Shown one piece after another: positions 9,503-20,937 of a stretch of 54,031 nt of DNA. The stretch spans positions 1-54,031 of IMG/VR virus record IMGVR_UViG_3300021180_000001. One strand, 5' to 3'. The DNA comes from a virus. Taxonomy: Duplodnaviria; Caudoviricetes. Below the pieces are notes generated by a model, which was not told the DNA's origin, did not search any database, and was given only the letters and a program-made list of their open reading frames with translations. Every line of letters starts with the position of its first letter. Position 1 is the stretch's first letter. The translations under genes and the position numbers were made by a program.

Positions 9503-10561
9503 ATGTCTACTTCAGGTACTTACTTATTTAGCTCTCCTCAGAGCGAACAGATAATAACTGATGCATATGAGCGCGTTAGTATAAAGCCTGATTTACTTAC
9601 TTATCAGCACATACAAACAGCGCAACGCTCCCTTAACTTTATATTGCAATCTTGGATTAATAGAGGTTTAAATCTCTGGACTGTTAAGCAAGGAATGATT
9701 GCTCTTTATAACAATCAAACTAGTTATAATCTTCCACCATTTGCTACTGATTTATTAGAAGCAACTGTCAGGACTTCTGTTCGAAATTTAGGGGGAATGC
9801 CTTTTTCAAGTGCAGGAGGTGTGGCTTCAAATGCTTTTGATAATAATCCTGCAACTGCTTGTACACAAACTGCTTCTAATGGATATATAAGCTATAATTG
9901 GAATACAGCTCAATATGCCATAGCAATGGTCGGAATCCAATCAAATGTAGATACGACTTATACATTGATTGGAGAATATTCAAATGATAATGTTAATTGG
10001 ATAACGGCAGTCACAATTCCTGCTCAGAATTATCCATTAGGAATAATTGAATGGTTTATAGTACCTGTTCCTACTCTTGGTAGTTTATTTAGAGTTAGAG
10101 AAACTGGTGGCGCTACTTTGAATATTCAAGAACTTTATTTCAATACGGCCTTAAATGATACTGTCATTACTCGTGTTTCAAGATCAGAGTATATTGCATT
10201 TCCTAATAAGAGTATTACTAGTCGTCCTAGTAGTTTTTATGTAGATAGGCAGATAAATCCAGTACTTTATTTATATCCAACTCCTAATACTCAATATAAC
10301 AATTTATATTTTAGCTATATCCAGCAAATGCAAGATATTGGGACGATGCTTAATAATGCTCAAGTCCCTGCTCGATTTTTAGAAGCACTTTGTTCCAATT
10401 TAGCACATCGGCTAGGGGTTAAAGAACAACTTGAAATTCCTAGAATTGAGATTTTAGAAAAGCTAGCAGAAAAAGAATTCAATCTTGCTGCTGCTGAAGA
10501 TAGGGAACGTGTGCCATTACGTATTTATGGTGATTATATGCAAGGGTGGACCCAAGTATGA
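9503..10561 (+). CDS. Head-tail adaptor / tail tubular protein with inserted beta-sandwich domain
   Basis: RSLNFILQSWINRGLNLWT, EYIAFPNK...RPSSFYVDRQ, VPARFLEALCSNLA; central insert SNAFDNNPAT...YSNDNVNW. Confidence 0.7.
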   Translation: MSTSGTYLFSSPQSEQIITDAYERVSIKPDLLTYQHIQTAQRSLNFILQSWINRGLNLWTVKQGMIALYNNQTSYNLPPFATDLLEATVRTSVRNLGGMPFSSAGGVASNAFDNNPATACTQTASNGYISYNWNTAQYAIAMVGIQSNVDTTYTLIGEYSNDNVNWITAVTIPAQNYPLGIIEWFIVPVPTLGSLFRVRETGGATLNIQELYFNTALNDTVITRVSRSEYIAFPNKSITSRPSSFYVDRQINPVLYLYPTPNTQYNNLYFSYIQQMQDIGTMLNNAQVPARFLEALCSNLAHRLGVKEQLEIPRIEILEKLAEKEFNLAAAEDRERVPLRIYGDYMQGWTQV

Positions 10562-10965
10562 CTTATAGACCAAAAGGTAAGCATGTTCGTATTAGCCAAT
10601 CAGCACCACAAGCATTGGGAATTTGTGACTATACGGGTTTTGTTTTTAATAGAAAAGATTTGGTTAGACAAATGGAATGGCGTGGAAATGCTCTCATATG
10701 GACAGGATTTTTAGTGGGTCGTCCTTATGTTGATGAGCCTAATGAGCAATTAAGGCCACCTATTTTACCTCCAGACCCAGTTCCCGTTATGTATCCTAGA
10801 TTGCCTTTTGAATCTACTGTTACTTGGTCAACAATTGGTAGTCCTACTTGGAGTACGTTGACTATTGATGCTTGGATTGATTGGTATGGAAGTTTTGACG
10901 GTATTCCGGCATTACCAGAAGACCAAAGATTACAAGCCCTACAAAATTATTATTGGGGAGCATAA
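10558..10965 (+). CDS. Conserved tail-module hypothetical protein
   Basis: ALGICDYTGF...MEWRG...DEPNEQL...PPDPVP; ATG 10558 overlaps the upstream stop. Confidence 0.65.
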   Translation: MTYRPKGKHVRISQSAPQALGICDYTGFVFNRKDLVRQMEWRGNALIWTGFLVGRPYVDEPNEQLRPPILPPDPVPVMYPRLPFESTVTWSTIGSPTWSTLTIDAWIDWYGSFDGIPALPEDQRLQALQNYYWGA

Positions 10966-13900
10966 ATGTCTCAATTAACAAATTTAGTTCCAGCATCTTC
11001 TTACGGAGATTTATTGACTACTACTAATAATGGTCAAGGATTAACGACAGTTTTAACAAATTTACAAGATGGATTGGGGAATAATAGTACTGTACAGATT
11101 GCAACTACGGCAATTAATTTTAGTAGGAGTGGTCCTAATACTTTTCAGTTAGATGGAATATCATTAATTTCGGTTGTAACTGATATTAACAATATTTGTA
11201 AACCTAATCCTATATTACCAGGAGTTGGTGGAGTTGTTTTGCCAAGCGGTACAACTGCTCAAAGACCTAATCCTGCAACAGATGGAACTCTTAGATTTAA
11301 TACAGATTCCCATATTTTAGAGTTTTCTTTTGGAAATGCATGGACCAGCTCTGGGTTTGGAGATGTAATTGGACCAAATGCTTCTGTGTCTGGAAATATC
11401 GCTATTTTTGATTCTAATACAGGAAATAGTATTTCAGATAGTGGTGTCCATATTGATGCGGTAGTTCCACCTCAACCTTTAAATCGTTTCAATTCTTTTT
11501 TTTCTACCCCTAGGCCATTAGCCCCACAAGTAGATGTTCTTCAATTAAGTAATATTGGTGTATTGGCTTTTGATGATGAATTAGCTACTAGCGGTGTAGG
11601 AAATATAGTTGTCGGCACTGAGCAGATATTGAATCTTTTTGTACAACCTACTACTTTTTTAAGAAATGCTGTTTTTACGGATGGAGTAGATACTGCGCCA
11701 ACGAGTTTTTCTGCTCTGGTGGAATTGAGCTCTACGACTGGTGCCCTTTTATTATCTAGGATGACTACTGTAGAAAGAGATGCATTAGATGCCGTTAATG
11801 GTATGTTTATTTATAATACTACTACTCATCAGGTTAATGCTTATGTAAATGGAGCTTGGACTGCTGGAACGGGTGGTGGCTCTCCAACAACTTCAACTTA
11901 TATTTTAAATACTGCTGACGCAAATTTACCTAGTGCTCAAAGCTTAGGAACTTTGCCAACAGGATTGCTTAAAAATAATCTATCAGGAAGTACAGGTACG
12001 TTAAGTACTTCTATAGCTGGAACAGATTATTATGCGCCTGGATTTCCGACCCATATTTTAGATACTTTTGGAGGAAATTCTAATTTTGGAATAGGCTCTC
12101 CAACTCCTAATAATACGGGACTTTTTAATACTTTTATAGGCTTAAATGTTGCTCAGAGCTCTAATAGTTCTTCTACTTCAAATGTGGGAATTGGTTTTTC
12201 TGTGCTTTCTGGATTAACATCAGGCACTAATAATACAGCAATAGGAATTATTGCATTACCCACTTTAACAACTGGAAATGATTGTACTGCTATTGGAGCA
12301 AATTCTTTAAATGGTAACATGGGTAATCAAAATACTGCGATTGGCTCTCAATCTGGATATCATACTATAAGCCATACTGCCTGTAGTTTTCTTGGATTTA
12401 TGTCAGACGTAGACCAATCAGCGGGAACTTTCTCAAATGCAACCGCTATTGGGGCAAATTCAGTTGTTTCTATAGGAAATTCAGTTGTTTTAGGAAATTC
12501 TTGTAATGTTGGGATTGGTCTTTCTAATCCTACTTTCCCTCTAGATATAGCCAATGTCAATAATCAAGCAGCTATTAGGTTTGTAAATTCTACTTCTACT
12601 CCAAATTCACCAGGCGCTAATCATGGAAATCTATACTTAAGCGGTGGAAATTTATTTTTCATGAATTCTTCTAGTATTAGTATTCCTATTGCAACGCCTA
12701 ATAATGCCACTTATATCTTAAAATCTGCTAACTCAGCATTACCAGATTCTCAAAGTATTGGTGCATTAACAACTGGATTAATGAAAAATAATGTGTCTTC
12801 TAGTATTGGAACTGTAAGTACTGCTGTGGCTGGCACTGACTACTATTCACCTGGTTTCCCTGCTTTTATTGAAGTTAATACTGTAAATAATAGTTTTTAT
12901 ATTGGAAATGCATCAGGAAATAATGCAGGAACTTTTGACACTCTCGTAGGATTTAATGTTGCACTTAATAATAATACCTTTTCTTTTGCAAATACAGGAT
13001 TAGGAAGCTCTGCTCTTCTCAATATGGTTTCAGGAATAGATAATACTGCAATTGGAAGGAATTCTTTAGGAAATACTATTAGTGGTCAAGCCAATACTGC
13101 TGTTGGCTCTTTTTCATTATTCCAAGCCTTAGGAAATAATAATACAGCATTTGGGGCGGGCGCTGCAGATAATTTTGTAAATTACGATTCTTGTACTTTT
13201 ATTGGTTCAGATGCAGATGCTAGTGTCGACCACTTAACCAATTCTGGCGCAATTGGTGCTAATTCTTTAGTAGGAGTCAGCAATGCTATTTCAATTGGTA
13301 ATGGTTGTTATGTAGGAATAGGAAATAATTCTCCAGCATATACTCTAGATTTAGGGAATATCGCAAATCAATGTGCTATACAACTTGTTAATTCAAATAA
13401 TACCCCAACAACTCCTGCTGCTAATCATGGTGTTTTATATCTTAGCAGTGGAAACTTATTTTTCTTAAATTCTTCAGGAACAAGCATACCAATCGTTACT
13501 CCTAATACTGCTACCTTTATTGTACAAACTGCAAGCGCTTCTCTTCCTGATGCTCAAAGTTTAGGCTCTTTAACGACTGGTTTATTAAAGAATACAGTAA
13601 CAGGAAGTACAGGTATTCTTTCTAAGGCAGCAGCTGGGACAGATTACTATTCTCCGGGAAATCCAACAACTATTACTGATAGTGCCGGCTCTGCTAATAA
13701 TTTTTCTATTGGAACAAATTCATCTCCAAATGCAGGTGGACTTAATACTTTTGTTGGAATAGGTGCAGGTCAAAATACTAATAATAGTTCATCTAACAAT
13801 GCAAGTTTAGGTTATAATTCACTAAATTCATTAACTGGAGGTGTAAATTGCACTGCTGTCGGGGCAAATGCATTAGCATCAAACACAGCAAATGGAGTGA

Positions 13901-14979
13901 CAGCTTTTGGAAATGGCGCTGGCTCTGCTTTTTCCAATAATACCAGTTGTACATTTATAGGTAACTTAACCAGTTCAAGTGCTAATAATTTATCAAATTC
14001 TACTGCTATTGGAGCAAATGCATCTTTTTCTGCAAGCAATTGTATAGTTCTTGGAAATGGATGTAATGTTGGAATTGGAATAAGCAATCCATCTTATAAT
14101 CTACATATTAGTAATATTAGTAATGTTGCAGCAATTGGTTTACATGATACGACAAATACTCCTTCAACTCCTTCCCTTGGTATTGCTGTTTATAGCTCAG
14201 GAGGGGATTTATGGGTAATCCATCCAGATTCTTCTACTACTCAAGTTACAGGTTATACAGATACTACTAACCCTAATGTAGTAGAATTTACAAAACCTAT
14301 ACAAGTAACTGGAAGTGTTCCTCTTACTAATAATTATGCTTTTTATGCATTATCTGGAACGTCTCCTAGCACTGGATATGCGGCTGGTGGAAGTGGTAAC
14401 TATGGTCTTTATACTACTTTTAGACTTTTAGCATCTGAATTTGATGCAACCAGTTCTAAAAAGATTAAGGATATTATTTGTCCTGTTTCTGATATAGAAG
14501 ATGAGCTTATAGAATCATTTTTAAAGATTCCATTCTTTAAATATCAATATAAAGACAAGGTAAGAGATGGGAATGCTGATTGTTATGGCGTTATAGCAGA
14601 ATACTTAGAAGGAGTATTTCCTGGATATGTTAGCAATTCTCAACAGCAATTTGTCCCTAATATATTAAAATTTGGGAAAGTTTCTAAATTTGGAAGTGAA
14701 AAAGGCGTTTATTCTATAGAATTAGAAGAAAATATCCCTCAATTAGAAGGAACGCGTCTCCAAGTTTTGTTAGAAACTGATGAGCAAATAGAGGTAGATA
14801 TTTTCGATTCTATTGGAAAACTATTGATTGTTAAAACAGAAAGAGCATTGCCTGAAAAATTATTAGTTTATGGAACATATGAAACATGTCCCGTCGTTTC
14901 AAAGCCTAGATTATTTGAGATTGGATTAGTTATCCTTCAAGGACTCATTAAAAAACTTCTGGACAAGGGTGTTTTATGA
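10966..14979 (+). CDS. Tail fibre with three tandem YadA-like repeat modules and a C-terminal S74-type chaperone domain
   Basis: NTAIG/NTAVG repeats; three AQSLG...GLLKN...AGTDYY modules; C-terminal TSSKKIKDI...YGVIAEYLEGVFP. Confidence 0.8.
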   Translation: MSQLTNLVPASSYGDLLTTTNNGQGLTTVLTNLQDGLGNNSTVQIATTAINFSRSGPNTFQLDGISLISVVTDINNICKPNPILPGVGGVVLPSGTTAQRPNPATDGTLRFNTDSHILEFSFGNAWTSSGFGDVIGPNASVSGNIAIFDSNTGNSISDSGVHIDAVVPPQPLNRFNSFFSTPRPLAPQVDVLQLSNIGVLAFDDELATSGVGNIVVGTEQILNLFVQPTTFLRNAVFTDGVDTAPTSFSALVELSSTTGALLLSRMTTVERDALDAVNGMFIYNTTTHQVNAYVNGAWTAGTGGGSPTTSTYILNTADANLPSAQSLGTLPTGLLKNNLSGSTGTLSTSIAGTDYYAPGFPTHILDTFGGNSNFGIGSPTPNNTGLFNTFIGLNVAQSSNSSSTSNVGIGFSVLSGLTSGTNNTAIGIIALPTLTTGNDCTAIGANSLNGNMGNQNTAIGSQSGYHTISHTACSFLGFMSDVDQSAGTFSNATAIGANSVVSIGNSVVLGNSCNVGIGLSNPTFPLDIANVNNQAAIRFVNSTSTPNSPGANHGNLYLSGGNLFFMNSSSISIPIATPNNATYILKSANSALPDSQSIGALTTGLMKNNVSSSIGTVSTAVAGTDYYSPGFPAFIEVNTVNNSFYIGNASGNNAGTFDTLVGFNVALNNNTFSFANTGLGSSALLNMVSGIDNTAIGRNSLGNTISGQANTAVGSFSLFQALGNNNTAFGAGAADNFVNYDSCTFIGSDADASVDHLTNSGAIGANSLVGVSNAISIGNGCYVGIGNNSPAYTLDLGNIANQCAIQLVNSNNTPTTPAANHGVLYLSSGNLFFLNSSGTSIPIVTPNTATFIVQTASASLPDAQSLGSLTTGLLKNTVTGSTGILSKAAAGTDYYSPGNPTTITDSAGSANNFSIGTNSSPNAGGLNTFVGIGAGQNTNNSSSNNASLGYNSLNSLTGGVNCTAVGANALASNTANGVTAFGNGAGSAFSNNTSCTFIGNLTSSSANNLSNSTAIGANASFSASNCIVLGNGCNVGIGISNPSYNLHISNISNVAAIGLHDTTNTPSTPSLGIAVYSSGGDLWVIHPDSSTTQVTGYTDTTNPNVVEFTKPIQVTGSVPLTNNYAFYALSGTSPSTGYAAGGSGNYGLYTTFRLLASEFDATSSKKIKDIICPVSDIEDELIESFLKIPFFKYQYKDKVRDGNADCYGVIAEYLEGVFPGYVSNSQQQFVPNILKFGKVSKFGSEKGVYSIELEENIPQLEGTRLQVLLETDEQIEVDIFDSIGKLLIVKTERALPEKLLVYGTYETCPVVSKPRLFEIGLVILQGLIKKLLDKGVL

Positions 14980-17900
14980 GTCTAAATCAGCTATCTTCTC
15001 CCACATTTCCTACTACTACATTAATTGCAGATTTTGGGGTTAATCCATCTCAGCCTGTCGATTCTATTCCAAGCATTACTAAAGTTAATAATGTACCAGT
15101 TTCTGTTGCTTTAGAAATTCAATCTGAAACAGGTAGTCTTCTAATTCCTAGATTAAATCAAGACCAAATAGATTCATTAATTACTACTGATGGAATGTTA
15201 ATTTACAACGCAGATACCCTTAATTTTAATTTTAGACAGGGAAATACTTGGGTAGCATTTGGAACGGGTGCTGGTAATGGAGATGTTATAGGACCTGGAG
15301 AATCTATTAGTGGAGATATAGTAATATTTTCTGGTACTAGTGGAACTTTAATAGCAGATAGTGGTGTTAGCATTACTGATGTCCCGCGACCATCTCCATT
15401 AAGAGGTCCATTAGTAAATGTTATTCAATTAAGCGGAATTGGAATATTAGCATTTGATGATGCTGCAGCTACTAGCGGAATAGGTAATATTGTTGTTGGC
15501 ACTGAACAAGTATTAAATTTATTTGTTCAGACAGGCAGTTTTTTGAGAAATTCAGTATTCACTGATGGTGTTAATACAGCTCCTACTAGCTTTTCTGCTT
15601 TGGTTGAATTGAGTTCAACTACTGGTGCACTTCTTTTATCAAGATTAACGACTACTGAAATAAATGCATTAAATCCAGTTGATGGAATGATGGTTTATAA
15701 TTCAACAACTAATCTTTTTAATTTCTATCAAAATGGTGGATGGACACCAGCAGCTCAAGGTGGGACGGTCAGTAGCATTACTGCTGGAACTGGTTTAACT
15801 GGTGGGACAATTACGAGTACAGGGACTATCGCATTAGCAAATACTGCTGTAACGGCTGGTTCTTATACTTATCCTTCTTTAACTGTTAATGCTCAGGGTC
15901 AGATTACGACAATTTCCAATCAAACCGCAGTTACTAACATTATGACTGGAACTGGTTTAACAGGTGGTCCTATCACAACAGCAGGTACCATTGCTTTAGC
16001 GAATACTGCGGTTAGTCCTGGTAGTTATATAAATTCTAATATTACAGTGGATGCTCAAGGTAGAATTACTTCTGCTTCTAATGGGACTTCTGGTATTACG
16101 TCAGTCGTTGGAACTACAAATCAAATAACTGCATCTGGTACGCCAACAGCCACAATAGCTATCGCGAATAATCCTATTATTCCTGGAACTGCAAGCATCA
16201 CAGTCCCAGTAGGAACAACCGGACAGCGTTCTGGCTCTCCAGTTATTGGAATGGTTCGATATAATACGAGCATTCTAGCTTTAGAAGCTTATGTAAATGG
16301 TTCATGGCAAGCTATTAGTATTGCAGAAGCTAATTTTATTTTAGCACATCCAAATTCTAGTTTGTCTAATGCTCAAGCTATATCAGATTTAAATGTATCA
16401 AATGGACTTTTGAAAACTTCTCTTACTGATGACAGTGTTATAGCAATTGCTCAACCTGATGTTGATTATGTAACCGCTGAAACTTTTTTAATAATTTCAA
16501 ATGAAGTTATTGCATTAGATTCGCAAGTCAATAATCCTGCAACTGGTTTACCTACTACTTTTGCTGTTGCGACAGGCGCTGCGGCTGCTGCTTCTGCGGC
16601 TACTACTATTTTAGGAGAAGGCACATTTATTGTGCAGGAATCTTTATTTGGTTTGGAAAATGCTCAAAGTTTAGGCAATATAGGAAGTGGAATTGTAAAA
16701 AATAATAACAATGGATTTGGTACTGGAACTTTAAGTATTGCTTCTGCTGGAAGTGATTATGGGACTGTTAGTTCTGTTTCAGCCAGCACAACTTCTGCTG
16801 GTCTTATTATAAGCGGCTCTCCTATCACAGGCTCAGGTACTTTAACCTTTACTTTAGATGCAGAATTACAAGGCTTGGCTGTTTTAGCGGTTAATGGAAT
16901 TATTGCGAGAACAGCTCCTGGTGTTTACACTCCTGTAACAATCACTGGAACATCTAATCAGATTTCTATAACGAATGGAGATGGTGTTTTAGGGAATCCT
17001 ACAATTTCTATTTCTAGCAATCCGACTATTCCAGGCGCAGGCGGTTTAGTTGTGCCAATGGGAACAACTGCTCAACGTCCAGTTTCTCCGACAAATGGAA
17101 CTATTCGTTATAATACAGATATTGGTAAGTTAGAAGCATTTATGAGTAGTGTCTGGGTACAACCAGCGGGTGGTACCGTAATGAGCATTACCGCAGGCGC
17201 TAATTTAACGGGTGGTACAATTACTACAACAGGAACAATAGCTTTAAGTACTACTTTAGTAGGCTTAGTTTCTGCTGCAATTGGAAACTTATCTTTATCA
17301 GCAGGAACTATATTAAATAGTTTAACTAATGGAAGTATTGTTATAGCTCCAAATGGTACTGGAGAATTACAAAGTAATAATAATATTAATATTCAAACTG
17401 GTAATAAATTAAAGTTTTTTAATTCTTCGAATACTCAAACAGTTTCATTTCAGGCAGGAACATTGATAGCTAGCACTGCTTATACTTTGCCTACTGCATT
17501 TCCAACTGCAAATGGACAGGCTTTAACTTCTACGACCGCAGGTATTCAAAGTTGGACTACTCTTGCGCCAAATACGTCTGATTATATATTGAAAACAGCC
17601 GATGCAAATCTCCCAAATGCACAAAGTTTAGGTGCACTGACAACTGGATTATTGAAAAATACGGTCTCTACAGGTATTGGAACTTTATCAACTGCCACAG
17701 CAGGAACAGATTATTATTCACCAGGTCATCCAACAACGATTGTAGATACATCAGGCGGAAATGGAAATTTTTATATAGGAACAGGAACAGGTACAAATAA
17801 TGGGACCTCTAATTTTTTTATTGGATTAGGTGTTGGTGCAAGTTCCACAGCTTTATCTTTCCAAAATGTTGGTGTTGGTATTGGTTGTCTCTTAAATCTA

Positions 17901-18647
17901 ACAGATGGAGGCTTAAATGTTGCTGTTGGACAAGATGCCTTAGGAAGTATAACAGTTGCAAGTAATAATGTTGCTGTTGGAGGAGGAGCTTTATTAGAGT
18001 TGGAGACAGAATCTTTTAATACTGCTGTTGGAGATTCTGCTGGAGCAATTTTTTCTGATTATACAAATTGTACTTTTTTAGGGTCATCAGCTGATGCGGG
18101 CGCTAATAGTTTAACAAATGCTTGTGCCATTGGTGCTAATGCAATTGTACATATTAGTAATGCTTTAGTATTAGGTAATGGGTGTAATATTGGAATTGGA
18201 ACTGGTTCTCCTGCAAACATTCTTCATATTGTTGGAACTTATCAACAGAAAGGTATTATTTCAGGTTATACGGGAACAGATTTAATAAAAGGTCAATCAA
18301 GTATTCAGACTACTAATAATACAACGACAACTATTTTAACTATTCCTGTTCCAACTAGTCTTGATACATCAGTTATGGCTAATATAAATCTCACTTGTAT
18401 TAGAACTACGGGTGCTTCTGCTGCTTATGGAAGTTCATTTGCAGCAGCTTGGTATAATGGTACAACCACTGCTTCAATTAGTACTTTACCAACTATTACC
18501 ATGACTAATTCAGGAACATTTTCAGTTGCTGCTAATTGGTTAATATCAGGAAATAATCTTTTATTACAAGTAACTGGAATAGCTGCTGAAACCATAAATT
18601 GGGTCGTTAGTTATGAACATTTTGCTGTAACAACTTCAACTTCTTAG
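14976..18647 (+). CDS. Second tail fibre (paralogous modules)
   Basis: SITAGTGLTGG, TVDAQGRITS, GTTAQRP...GTIRYNT fibre repeats; shares modules with 10966. Confidence 0.8.
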   Translation: MSLNQLSSPTFPTTTLIADFGVNPSQPVDSIPSITKVNNVPVSVALEIQSETGSLLIPRLNQDQIDSLITTDGMLIYNADTLNFNFRQGNTWVAFGTGAGNGDVIGPGESISGDIVIFSGTSGTLIADSGVSITDVPRPSPLRGPLVNVIQLSGIGILAFDDAAATSGIGNIVVGTEQVLNLFVQTGSFLRNSVFTDGVNTAPTSFSALVELSSTTGALLLSRLTTTEINALNPVDGMMVYNSTTNLFNFYQNGGWTPAAQGGTVSSITAGTGLTGGTITSTGTIALANTAVTAGSYTYPSLTVNAQGQITTISNQTAVTNIMTGTGLTGGPITTAGTIALANTAVSPGSYINSNITVDAQGRITSASNGTSGITSVVGTTNQITASGTPTATIAIANNPIIPGTASITVPVGTTGQRSGSPVIGMVRYNTSILALEAYVNGSWQAISIAEANFILAHPNSSLSNAQAISDLNVSNGLLKTSLTDDSVIAIAQPDVDYVTAETFLIISNEVIALDSQVNNPATGLPTTFAVATGAAAAASAATTILGEGTFIVQESLFGLENAQSLGNIGSGIVKNNNNGFGTGTLSIASAGSDYGTVSSVSASTTSAGLIISGSPITGSGTLTFTLDAELQGLAVLAVNGIIARTAPGVYTPVTITGTSNQISITNGDGVLGNPTISISSNPTIPGAGGLVVPMGTTAQRPVSPTNGTIRYNTDIGKLEAFMSSVWVQPAGGTVMSITAGANLTGGTITTTGTIALSTTLVGLVSAAIGNLSLSAGTILNSLTNGSIVIAPNGTGELQSNNNINIQTGNKLKFFNSSNTQTVSFQAGTLIASTAYTLPTAFPTANGQALTSTTAGIQSWTTLAPNTSDYILKTADANLPNAQSLGALTTGLLKNTVSTGIGTLSTATAGTDYYSPGHPTTIVDTSGGNGNFYIGTGTGTNNGTSNFFIGLGVGASSTALSFQNVGVGIGCLLNLTDGGLNVAVGQDALGSITVASNNVAVGGGALLELETESFNTAVGDSAGAIFSDYTNCTFLGSSADAGANSLTNACAIGANAIVHISNALVLGNGCNIGIGTGSPANILHIVGTYQQKGIISGYTGTDLIKGQSSIQTTNNTTTTILTIPVPTSLDTSVMANINLTCIRTTGASAAYGSSFAAAWYNGTTTASISTLPTITMTNSGTFSVAANWLISGNNLLLQVTGIAAETINWVVSYEHFAVTTSTS

Positions 18648-18656
18648 GAGAATTTT

Positions 18657-18806
18657 ATGCCACTTGTTAAAGGTAAAAAAGCGAAAACGAAAGAAGGAAT
18701 TTCGGAGAATATTGCGACTGAAATTAGAGCTGGAAAACCAAGACCTCAAGCAATTGCAATCGGAATGTCTTTAGCTGGAAAATCTAGGAGTAAAAAGAAA
18801 AAATGA
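18657..18806 (+). CDS. Small basic protein MPLVKGKK...QAIAIGMSLAGKS (49 aa, not in ORF track)
   Basis: AGGAG RBS; ATGA overlap with the next gene; resembles common phage MPLKKG...QAVAIA proteins. Confidence 0.75.
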   Translation: MPLVKGKKAKTKEGISENIATEIRAGKPRPQAIAIGMSLAGKSRSKKKK

Positions 18807-19435
18807 CAATGACTTATAATAGTCTGGTTAATCAACTACTAGATTATTTAAATAGAACTGATGCTGACACTACTGCTGAAGTTCCAAATTTTATTTATCA
18901 GGCAGAGCAAAGAATTTGTCGTGAATCTAAAAATATTGGACTTGAAGTATATGTTACTGGAACTTTTACGGTTAATGTTAATGTTATGGCAAAACCTGGA
19001 CGGTGGAGACGTAACATTACCTTTAATTTTGGTAATGGAATAGGAAATAATACAGCCAATCAAATTGTCTTAAGAAGTTATGAATTTGTTAGAAATTATT
19101 GGCCAGATGCAACTCAATTGGGTCCTCCTAAATTTTATTGTGATTATGGTTATGATCACTTCTTAATGGCTCCTACTCCAGACCAGAATTATCCATTTGA
19201 ATTAGGATATTTAGAGCTTCCAGAACCATTAAGTGTTAATGTTCAAACTAATTTTCTTACTAATAATGCTCCTGATGTATTGTTATATGCGAGTTTATTA
19301 GAAGCTACTCCATTCTTAAAAAATACAGACCTTATTCCGACTTGGGAACGAATGTATGAACGCGGATTAGCAAGTCTTAATTCTCAGGACGATCAACGCG
19401 TTGTGGATAGAGCAACCAATAGAGGTGCTGATTAA
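18803..19435 (+). CDS. Phage adaptor / tail tubular-like protein
   Basis: FIYQAEQRI, APTPD, APDVLLYASLLEATPFLKN motifs. Confidence 0.75.
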   Translation: MTMTYNSLVNQLLDYLNRTDADTTAEVPNFIYQAEQRICRESKNIGLEVYVTGTFTVNVNVMAKPGRWRRNITFNFGNGIGNNTANQIVLRSYEFVRNYWPDATQLGPPKFYCDYGYDHFLMAPTPDQNYPFELGYLELPEPLSVNVQTNFLTNNAPDVLLYASLLEATPFLKNTDLIPTWERMYERGLASLNSQDDQRVVDRATNRGAD

Positions 19436-20934
19436 TGCCTCGAGGACAGTTATTTCCATTAGTTACTCAACCTGGCATTAAAAGAGATGGAACTCAATTT
19501 TTAGGTAAATGGTACATTGATGGTCAATGGGTAAGATTTTATCGAGGACGTGCTCGTAAAATAGGTGGCTATAAGCAAATTATTGGAGGTCTTCCTAATA
19601 TTCCAAGAGGAGTCTTTGTCACTCCTAGCACCCCTAATTTTGATGTTTATATAGGAGACCAAAATACTCTAAATTTTTTCCAAATGGATCAAAATGGTAA
19701 TGCAATTAGTGGACTAAATAATATAACGCCAGCTGGTTTTAATCCAGATGCCGATAATCTATGGCAATTTGATGAGATGTTTTCAACAGTCAGTAATGAA
19801 AGCATATTAATTGCCCATGCGGCGCCTAATGCTTCTTTTATTGGCAGCACCGTAGAAAGACCTGTTTACTATGGCCCTATTGATATGAATACTCCATTAA
19901 TTTCTACAGGGCAGGATGTATCAGGTGGCATAGTTGTTTTACATCCTTATCTTTTTATGTTTGGGAATTCAGGGGATGTTCGTTGGTCTGCGGCTAATGA
20001 TCCAACAACTATTTTAGGAACTGCCAGAATAGCTTCCGAAAAGATTGTTTATGGAAGTTCAACAAGAGGTGGCAATTCTTCTCCTGCTGGACTTTTATGG
20101 ACATTAACCAGTCTTATTAAAGTTACTCAAGTCGGGACAACCGATATTTTATTCAAATTTGATACCGTAACAGACCAAAGCTCTATACTTAGTAGTAGGT
20201 CAGTAATTGAGTATGATGGTCTTTATTTTTGGGCAGGAATTGACCGATTTTTAGTCTATAACGGTGTTGTTCAAGAAGTTCCAAATCAGATGAATTTAAA
20301 CTATTTCTTTTTGAATCTAAATTATCAACAACGTCAAAAAGTATGGGCAACTAAAGTTCCTCAATATGGTGAAATCTGGTGGTTTTTTCCATTAGGAAAT
20401 AGCGTTGAATGTAATCATGCCATTATCTATAACAAACGTGAAAATACATGGTATGACACCTCTATTACTCGTGGCTCTGGTTATTTTGAACAGGTATTTG
20501 CAGATCCCATTTGGGCAGATACTTCCTTGATTAATGGCAATTATACTCTATGGCAGCATGAATCTGGTGTAGACCAAAGAATTGGCAATAATCTAACTGC
20601 TATAGATTCTTTTTTTGAAACAGGAGATTTAGCTTTTGTCGCATTGGGCCCTACTGGTAGTTGGACTGGCGATGAAATATGGATTGATTTATATCGTCTA
20701 GAACCTGATTTTATTCAGGCTGGAGCCATGAGTCTTGTTATAAACGGAAGAGAATATGCTCGTTCTCTTGTCCAATCATCTATTCCTTATCCTTTCGATC
20801 CAGCTACCACTAAAATTGACTTACGCGAGCAACGTAGAGAAATGACTTTACGCTTTGAAAGCAATGTTGTTGGAGGATTTTATGAATTGGGAGAGACATT
20901 ACTGTACTTTAGAACAGGAGATGTCAGAGCATGA
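19435..20934 (+). CDS. Tail tubular protein B / nozzle (P22 gp10-like position)
   Basis: QPGIKRDGT, WVRFYRG, YFWAGIDRFLVYNG, GEIWWFFP; beta-rich composition. Confidence 0.75.
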   Translation: MPRGQLFPLVTQPGIKRDGTQFLGKWYIDGQWVRFYRGRARKIGGYKQIIGGLPNIPRGVFVTPSTPNFDVYIGDQNTLNFFQMDQNGNAISGLNNITPAGFNPDADNLWQFDEMFSTVSNESILIAHAAPNASFIGSTVERPVYYGPIDMNTPLISTGQDVSGGIVVLHPYLFMFGNSGDVRWSAANDPTTILGTARIASEKIVYGSSTRGGNSSPAGLLWTLTSLIKVTQVGTTDILFKFDTVTDQSSILSSRSVIEYDGLYFWAGIDRFLVYNGVVQEVPNQMNLNYFFLNLNYQQRQKVWATKVPQYGEIWWFFPLGNSVECNHAIIYNKRENTWYDTSITRGSGYFEQVFADPIWADTSLINGNYTLWQHESGVDQRIGNNLTAIDSFFETGDLAFVALGPTGSWTGDEIWIDLYRLEPDFIQAGAMSLVINGREYARSLVQSSIPYPFDPATTKIDLREQRREMTLRFESNVVGGFYELGETLLYFRTGDVRA

Positions 20935-20937
20935 TGA